In this document: positions 9,053 to 13,742 of the stretch, one piece after another
How the letters are laid out: each line of letters starts with the position of its first letter
How positions within the stretch are numbered: position 1 is the first letter of the stretch
Assembly: GCA_041736305.1 (NCBI GenBank)
Contig: JBGSTX010000090.1
Coordinates: 1 to 13,742, forward strand
Source: Oligoflexus sp.
GTDB taxonomy: Bacteria; Bdellovibrionota_B; Oligoflexia; Oligoflexales; Oligoflexaceae
Direction: 5' to 3'
Length of the DNA: 13,742 bases
Notes under the pieces: model-generated
The model's input: the letters and a program-made list of their open reading frames with translations, nothing else
What the model was told of the DNA's origin: nothing
The model's database searches: none
Made by a program: the position numbers and the translations under genes

Positions 9053-10305
9053 ACGCTTAGCGCCTCACTAGAAATACTTTGATAGGCTGCACAGACATCC
9101 GATTTTTCCGTCTCACTCAATAGCCCTGCTTCGCTGCGGCTAACGATCTGCTCTTTGAGTTTGTTACTCACCCCCCCGGTAAGCTGATCTTTGAGGACCA
9201 GAGAATTCTTGTCCTGCTCCGAGGGCTGTCCAGGTCTGGTCGAGAGCTTCTCGCGCTGCGCCTTGAGTTGCTCCAAGGAACGAACGATGCCACCAGCCAG
9301 CTGATCAGGTATACCAGTCATACCATTAAAAGTTCGTGTGACCGTTTCCAGATCATTGAACATGGAGCCTAACATGGAACCCGCTGCTGCGTCAGCAGAG
9401 GTGGGCATAATGAGATCTAGAGTCGCGGCAAGATCTTTGATCGCTGCCACATACGCTGTCATCGATCCAGCTTGACCAAGACCTTGCAAGACTTCGCTGC
9501 GCTTCAAGAGATTCGGGGTATCCCCGTTCGGCTGATAAAGGACGACTTGGTGAAAGGCCAGAGCTTCGACTAGATGAGCCATCGCCCAAACAAAAAGTGC
9601 TTTCCCGTCCTCAGCGGGGTCGTACCCGCCGGCGGTACACTCTTCATCAAAATGCCGAATGTCGCCTTCCACTTTATAAGTCTCGGCAATAAAGGGGCAG
9701 AGGACACGTACTGCTTCGGCTATGTGATGCAAAGTACTTGAGCTGCTAGCTCGAGCTTCAGGAGCGCTTTTTGGCAAGAGTACCGGCCACGGACTGAAAG
9801 GACCCGACTGCGGCGCTCCTTCGAGAGTTCCTAGACGATTGCCGTCTAATGTAATCGCTTCATAGTCACTCGGCTGGAGCCCGATGAGATCTGCCATAGC
9901 TGCCATCTGTGAGGCTGTATTATCTTCGCTCAGAAGCAAGGCTTGGGGAGATGCTTCTGTTTCTGCCTTTGGCTTTTTTTCCATCATGCGCCTAGCCAAC
10001 TGAAAAAGATCCAGACCAGCGACTCCCAGATGGGTGTAGCCCAGCTGCGTGGCGATGCGCGCCTGTTCCGGTGCTAGTTTGAAAGCCGTCTCAGCGGCGC
10101 TAAGCGCGCCTGCATAGTCCCCCTGGTCAAAGAGAATTTCTGAGCGAGAGAGCTGAGCGCTGGGATCGCGGTGAACCCAAGGATCGGCGATGGGCCTTAG
10201 AATATTGCTGTGTTCCGAACAGGCGATGAAGCCCAGAGACCAGCAGAGCAGGGCTGACCTGATAAAAAGCATATTTACCCGTCTGCGGATTATGATGGTA
10301 GACAT
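9037..10305 (-). CDS. Putative lipoprotein with an N-terminal TPR-like repeat
   Basis: The ORF is open from 10320, but ATG 10305 has GAGGGA just upstream (ATG 10272 is also possible). Basic n-region (RRR), hydrophobic h-region and lipobox-like FIAC. TPR-like ILFDQGDYAGALSAAETAFKLAP...LGYTHLG. The stop overlaps the next gene by 16 nt. Confidence 0.8.
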   Translation of the reverse strand: MSTIIIRRRVNMLFIRSALLCWSLGFIACSEHSNILRPIADPWVHRDPSAQLSRSEILFDQGDYAGALSAAETAFKLAPEQARIATQLGYTHLGVAGLDLFQLARRMMEKKPKAETEASPQALLLSEDNTASQMAAMADLIGLQPSDYEAITLDGNRLGTLEGAPQSGPFSPWPVLLPKSAPEARASSSSTLHHIAEAVRVLCPFIAETYKVEGDIRHFDEECTAGGYDPAEDGKALFVWAMAHLVEALAFHQVVLYQPNGDTPNLLKRSEVLQGLGQAGSMTAYVAAIKDLAATLDLIMPTSADAAAGSMLGSMFNDLETVTRTFNGMTGIPDQLAGGIVRSLEQLKAQREKLSTRPGQPSEQDKNSLVLKDQLTGGVSNKLKEQIVSRSEAGLLSETEKSDVCAAYQSISSEALSVCDGL

Positions 10306-10383
10306 TATTCCCTCTACCATGGAATCAAGCAGGAGCCCTCAGGTCAAGTGAATCTCACTTTCTTACGGCCGAGTAGTCGGCTC

Positions 10384-11151
10384 TCAGCCCGTGCCGATGT
10401 CCGGAAAGAGCGTGTGCAGCTGCCTTTCAGGGGCTAGTAAACAGAATGGCGGACTTTTGTGCTCGTAGTAGGAATACAGAAGCGGAAGTCCGGAAGCAAA
10501 GGAGAGCACCCGACAGCCGGCTGCCGTCGCGACCGCGTGCCCGGCGGCGATATCCCAGATCGAGAGACTGCGAAACCGCGGGTAGCAGTGGGCTCGGCCT
10601 TGGGCGACCCAGCAAAATTTAATTGATGACCCTACTGTCAGCTTTTGTGTGTAACCTTCGGCGCGCATAAAAGCTTCAAGTTCGGCTTCGGGGTGGGAAC
10701 GGCTCGATAAAAGTGTCGGCTCCGCTGGCCAGCTAGGCTTGGGAGCTGTCTGCCGGTTGATGCGGAGCCCTTTAGCCAACGAACCTGCATAGAGTTCGTC
10801 TAGGGCAGGAGCATAGACGACGCCAGCCACAGGCACGCCATCTTCAATGAGAGCGATGTTCACTGTGAAAGTCGGACGGTGCTGCAGAAATTCCTTGGTG
10901 CCATCGATAGGATCGATGATCCAAAAGCGAGCCACTTTGCCTTGCATTTTGAGAGCTTCCCGCTCTTCGGAGAGAATGGGTACATCGAGCAGAGCCTTGA
11001 GCCTCAGGCTGATGATTTGATCCGCCAGAATGTCAGCACTTGTGACGGGAGTCTGATCGGACTTCAGAGAAGTTTCAAAATTCCCAGCATGAAAGAGAGG
11101 CAGTATAGCCTGACCTGCTTCAAGGGCTATGTCTTCTAGCTCGGAGATCAT
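10384..11151 (-). CDS. cysQ: 3'(2'),5'-bisphosphate nucleotidase CysQ (inositol monophosphatase family)
   Basis: Motifs KSDQTPVTSAD, ILSEE, WIIDPIDGTKEF, FTVNIALI, SRSH, GSSIKFC, YPR and WDIAAGHA. Confidence 0.93.
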   Translation of the reverse strand: MISELEDIALEAGQAILPLFHAGNFETSLKSDQTPVTSADILADQIISLRLKALLDVPILSEEREALKMQGKVARFWIIDPIDGTKEFLQHRPTFTVNIALIEDGVPVAGVVYAPALDELYAGSLAKGLRINRQTAPKPSWPAEPTLLSSRSHPEAELEAFMRAEGYTQKLTVGSSIKFCWVAQGRAHCYPRFRSLSIWDIAAGHAVATAAGCRVLSFASGLPLLYSYYEHKSPPFCLLAPERQLHTLFPDIGTG

Positions 11152-11163
11152 GGCTGCCCGTCC

Positions 11164-11463
11164 CTATTGAGGAGTTCTGACGGCCTCCTCGGCCGGTAGA
11201 TATTCTTCGACTATGACTATTTCGCGAGCGATTTCTTCACGCTTTTCGCCTTCGGGGTAAGCGTCTAGAGATTTCTTGAGTCGTTTACGGTAGGCCTTGA
11301 GCACTTTGAGAGCCTGCTCGTCGTCGAGAGTGGTGACACGCTGTTCTGCCGTCATTGCATATTTGAACTCTGAAAGGAGCATCCGCAAGACTCCGGTGCG
11401 GAATTTGTCTCGAGCTTTCATAGCTGACTTCATGTTTTCGTTGATTTTTTCCAACAATGACAA
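11164..11463 (-). CDS. Short GatB/YqeY-domain protein (99 aa)
   Basis: TTG at 11463 is preceded by SD GAGGGAG at 7-nt spacing, giving MSLLEKINENMKSAMKARDKFRTGVLRML...EIVIVEEYLP, a typical YqeY N-terminal signature. The ORF-track start at 11484 is probably too far upstream. Confidence 0.85.
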   Translation of the reverse strand: MSLLEKINENMKSAMKARDKFRTGVLRMLLSEFKYAMTAEQRVTTLDDEQALKVLKAYRKRLKKSLDAYPEGEKREEIAREIVIVEEYLPAEEAVRTPQ

Positions 11464-11651
11464 GGTAGAACTCCCTCTTATCAAGAAAAACGAATCCCTA
11501 AATTAGCTTATCGACCTCGAGGCGACAAGCTCTCCCCGTCTCGGTTAAGCTGGCAAGGTATACACTTAGAACTTGAGTTTTGCCGCAAAGATCTGGTAAA
11601 CCTCGCAGGCTAAGCGCGAACGATTTGACACTCGGATGAAGGAAGCACGAC

Positions 11652-11819
11652 ATGGCAAAGAGTAAGAACAGCCGGGAACTGATCCGCCTCGTCTCTACAG
11701 CAGACACAGGCTTTTTCTATACGACGACTAAGAAACGCGGCCGTGAAAAGCTGCAGCTTCGCAAGTATGACCCAAAAGTCAAAAAGCATGTGGTCTTCAA
11801 AGAAGCCAAAATCAAGTAA
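11652..11819 (+). CDS. rpmG: 50S ribosomal protein L33 (cysteine-free, C- type)
   Basis: Manual translation gives [55 protein letters not shown] (55 aa), with L33 signatures IRLVS..TG.FYTT.K and KYDP..KHV.FKE.K. AAGGA SD upstream. Absent from the ORF track, which appears to omit ORFs below about 60 aa. Confidence 0.98.
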   Translation: MAKSKNSRELIRLVSTADTGFFYTTTKKRGREKLQLRKYDPKVKKHVVFKEAKIK

Positions 11820-11840
11820 GACTTTTTCTCAGCTCATCTC

Positions 11841-11876
11841 AAAAAAGCCGAAATTTCTCTCTTCGGCTTTTTATTT
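11841..11876. terminator. Bidirectional intrinsic terminator between convergent rpmG and the REC-Hpt gene
   Basis: AAAAAGCCGAA (11842-11852) / TTCGGCTTTTT (11862-11872), a perfect 11-bp inverted repeat with a 9-nt loop. The A-tract on the left and T-tract on the right give U-tails on both strands. Confidence 0.9.
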
Positions 11877-11878
11877 CC

Positions 11879-13306
11879 TCAAATCACCCCTTCGTCATCT
11901 TCCGGCCAGGTCTTCACAGTTTCCTGTAGCTCCTGTACGCAAAACGGAATCCAGTGTCTCAGTTGATTCAGGCGTTGATCGCTGCCACTGAGTCTGCCAT
12001 CTCGCGCCCAATCTTCGATATCGGCAGCGAGCGCGGAGAGTTTCGGGGCCCAGAGATTTGCGAGCATCCCCTTGAGTTCGTGAGCAGCCCGACTGGTGCT
12101 GAGAGCGTCGTGCTTGGCTAGAGCAACTTCAACTTCGTCGAGCAGAGCAGGATAGCGTTTGGCGAAAACTGTGATGCAAAGCTCGAGCACTTCGCGCGAT
12201 TCATCGAAGGCGTCCCGCAGCTGGGGCGCGTCGATCCAATAATGAGAGGATTCGCTGCCCTCCGCCAGCTCCCCCGATTCATCAAAATCCACCAAGGCTG
12301 GCTTGCTGCCTTCTTCGGTCGAGGGGCGCTGTCCCCCCAGCATCTTCGGACGATTGCGTCGCCCCATGAGGTAAAGTTCGACGGCGTTGATGATCGTATT
12401 CTTATCCACCGGCTTGACCATGACGTCTTGCATGCCTCTCTCGAGATAATAGGCATGCTGCTCTTCCTGCTCGTGCGAGGTCAGAGCGAGGACCGGAACA
12501 CTTTCATAGCCGGGTATATTGCGCAAGCCTTGGCAGGTTGTTACGCCGTCCATGACTGGCATTTCAATATCGAGAAAGAGCATGTCGAAAGGCTGCTTCG
12601 CTGCGAGTTCAAGGGCCTCCTGCCCATGCCGCGCCGTGACGACCTGAGCTTTCAGAGAGCGCAGCATAGACGCCGTCAGCATACGGCTCATAGAATCGTC
12701 GTCCACTACGAGGACGCGTACTCCGTCGAGGCAATTTTCAGGGTCAATGAGAGGCAGAGTGGCTTTAGCAAAACGCAGTCGCACCGCGAGTTTTAAGCCT
12801 TGGGGGCGAAGGTTTTCGATCCGCAATTCGCCGCCGAGTTTCTGAATCAGCTGGCGACTGAGGTTGACTTCCTGCTCGAGAGTAGCGGTCTCTTCTTCGG
12901 AAACGCTTTCGTGGGGCCTATTGCGATCTTCGAGGCTCATGCTGAAAGCCGCGTGAGTTTCGCTGGAGAAAAGATGATCGCGTTTCAAGGTGAAACGAAT
13001 CGAACCTTCAAAGGAGCCGAGGGCTATCCGGCGCAACATGCTCTGCAGGAGCGATTGCAACACATCGGCGTCACCGACCAGCGGGTCATTGAACTGATCT
13101 TCGTAGTTTTTGATAAGCCGTCGGCGGGGATTGAGTGCCCTCCATTCTTCGATGGCTTCTTCGAGGCAGGATTCAAGCTCGAATGCTAGAGAGGGCGGGC
13201 TGCTCTCCGCTGGGCTGGAATTTTTTTCACTGCTGCCGCCCGCAGCGCGCTCGGCTACTCGGTTGAGAGGCGTCTGTTCCTTAGACTCCTGGGTCGTAAC
13301 GTCCAT
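11879..13306 (-). CDS. Phosphorelay protein: degenerate HATPase_c-like domain + receiver (REC) + Hpt
   Basis: REC: RVLVVDDD, FDMLFLD(246)IEMPVMDG, ALT(276), K(298)P. Hpt: RAAH(409)ELKGMLANL. N-terminal remnant LVGDADVLQSLL...GSIRF...LIQKLGGELRIE. AGGAGG SD at 13312-13317. Confidence 0.92.
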   Translation of the reverse strand: MDVTTQESKEQTPLNRVAERAAGGSSEKNSSPAESSPPSLAFELESCLEEAIEEWRALNPRRRLIKNYEDQFNDPLVGDADVLQSLLQSMLRRIALGSFEGSIRFTLKRDHLFSSETHAAFSMSLEDRNRPHESVSEEETATLEQEVNLSRQLIQKLGGELRIENLRPQGLKLAVRLRFAKATLPLIDPENCLDGVRVLVVDDDSMSRMLTASMLRSLKAQVVTARHGQEALELAAKQPFDMLFLDIEMPVMDGVTTCQGLRNIPGYESVPVLALTSHEQEEQHAYYLERGMQDVMVKPVDKNTIINAVELYLMGRRNRPKMLGGQRPSTEEGSKPALVDFDESGELAEGSESSHYWIDAPQLRDAFDESREVLELCITVFAKRYPALLDEVEVALAKHDALSTSRAAHELKGMLANLWAPKLSALAADIEDWARDGRLSGSDQRLNQLRHWIPFCVQELQETVKTWPEDDEGVI

Positions 13307-13431
13307 ATAGGCCTCCTACAAAGACCAAGAGTCCGAATTAATACCCACAAGGCAGGGCAAGTTTTGGGCCTCACCCACTTATTAATTGGGCCGGGCTGGC
13401 GTGCTGATAAAGAGCCCACTCGCTTCTTACC

Positions 13432-13460
13432 AATATCAATAATTATGGCCTCAGCGTCAA
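13432..13460 (-). promoter_or_regulatory. Possible sigma70-type promoter for the REC-Hpt gene
   Basis: On the - strand: TTGACG (13460-13455), a 17-nt spacer, then GATATT (13437-13432), in an AT-rich patch about 125 nt upstream of the ATG. The -10 box matches consensus at only 4/6. Confidence 0.35.
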
Positions 13461-13649
13461 TGCTAGACATGAGACAATTTCTCACTGCTGTACGCTCAAA
13501 TTCTTGCTGGGTTTCAGCAAGGGCCGAAGCTAAAAACCTTGGCGCAATGCAACGTCTGTGGTAGTGAGGCTGAAGTATAGACGCGAATTGTACGGCAAAA
13601 TGATTGAATTTACTTGGATTTCGGAACTTTCCCAGCAGAGGAGTTATTT

Positions 13650-13742
13650 ATGATGCGTAAAAATATCTTTCTTGTATTGGCATTGCTTCTCCCAGGTGTC
13701 AGTCTCGCGAAAAGTGCCTTACCACTGGGCGAAGCTTTGCCT
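13650..13742 (+). CDS. 5' end of an exported protein (Sec signal peptide), truncated by the window edge
   Basis: SD GAGGAG at 13638-13643, then an open frame to the end of the window: MMRKNIFLVLALLLPGVSLA/KSALPLGEALP (basic n-region, hydrophobic core, SLA cleavage motif). Not in the ORF track. Confidence 0.8.
   Translation, partial: MMRKNIFLVLALLLPGVSLAKSALPLGEALP

Noticed and set aside
11615-11627. 13-mer CGCGAACGATTTG shared with the lon terminator (2198-2210)
   Set aside because: About one exact 13-mer repeat is expected by chance in 13.7 kb, and the second copy lacks the complementary arm.
11625-11630. Perfect TTGACA upstream of rpmG
   Set aside because: A -10 box 17 nt downstream would fall on the start codon (CGACAT) and would exclude the SD from the transcript.
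11498-11707. 69-aa - strand ORF in the yqeY-rpmG divergent region
   Set aside because: Overlaps rpmG antisense, and has no recognisable motif or SD.
11743-11991. 82-aa + strand ORF (MKSCSFAS...)
   Set aside because: An out-of-frame shadow of rpmG that runs through the terminator into the convergent gene.
12242-13189. Long antisense ORFs (184 aa and 129 aa), and similar shadows within lon and the proteases
   Set aside because: They are antisense or alternate-frame to well-supported genes, as expected from codon bias, and carry no motifs.
13255-13564. Short ORFs 13255-13485 (-) and 13364-13564 (+) in the intergenic region
   Set aside because: No SD or protein-like features, and they overlap the putative promoter and leader elements.
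13593-13608. Sigma54-like CGGCAAAATGATTGAA upstream of the last gene
   Set aside because: The GG-N10 spacing fits, but the -12 dinucleotide is GA rather than GC, which is too weak to call.
13716-13742. ALPLGEALP resembling the start of a redoxin/TlpA domain
   Set aside because: Only about 10 mature residues are visible, too few to assign a family.
1-13742. CRISPR arrays, IS/transposases, integrases, tRNA/rRNA, known riboswitches, defence systems
   Set aside because: No periodic repeats, terminal inverted repeats, relevant protein motifs or recognisable RNA consensus were seen. An Rfam scan would be needed to fully exclude small RNAs.

Overview
Ordinary-looking bacterial chromosomal window with no CRISPR array, mobile element, rRNA or tRNA. 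The protein style suggests Bdellovibrionota/Oligoflexia or another former deltaproteobacterial lineage (inference only). The + strand carries the 3' part of lon with an intrinsic terminator, then a PAS histidine kinase followed 2 nt later by an 834-aa multi-pass membrane protein. A convergent - strand operon reads yqeY-like (short) > cysQ > TPR lipoprotein > active Deg/HtrA protease > coupled Deg paralog. After that come a small rpmG (L33) missed by the ORF track, a bidirectional terminator, a - strand HATPase-like/REC/Hpt gene, and the start of a secreted protein at the right edge. The most interesting feature is three apparent pseudoenzymes read from motif decay. (1) The Deg paralog has lost its whole His-Asp-Ser triad and is coupled to an intact copy. 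(2) The membrane protein appears to hide a degenerate class III nucleotidyl-cyclase domain. (3) The REC-Hpt protein has a dead HATPase_c remnant and no HisKA domain. All domain calls are by eye and need profile or structure confirmation.
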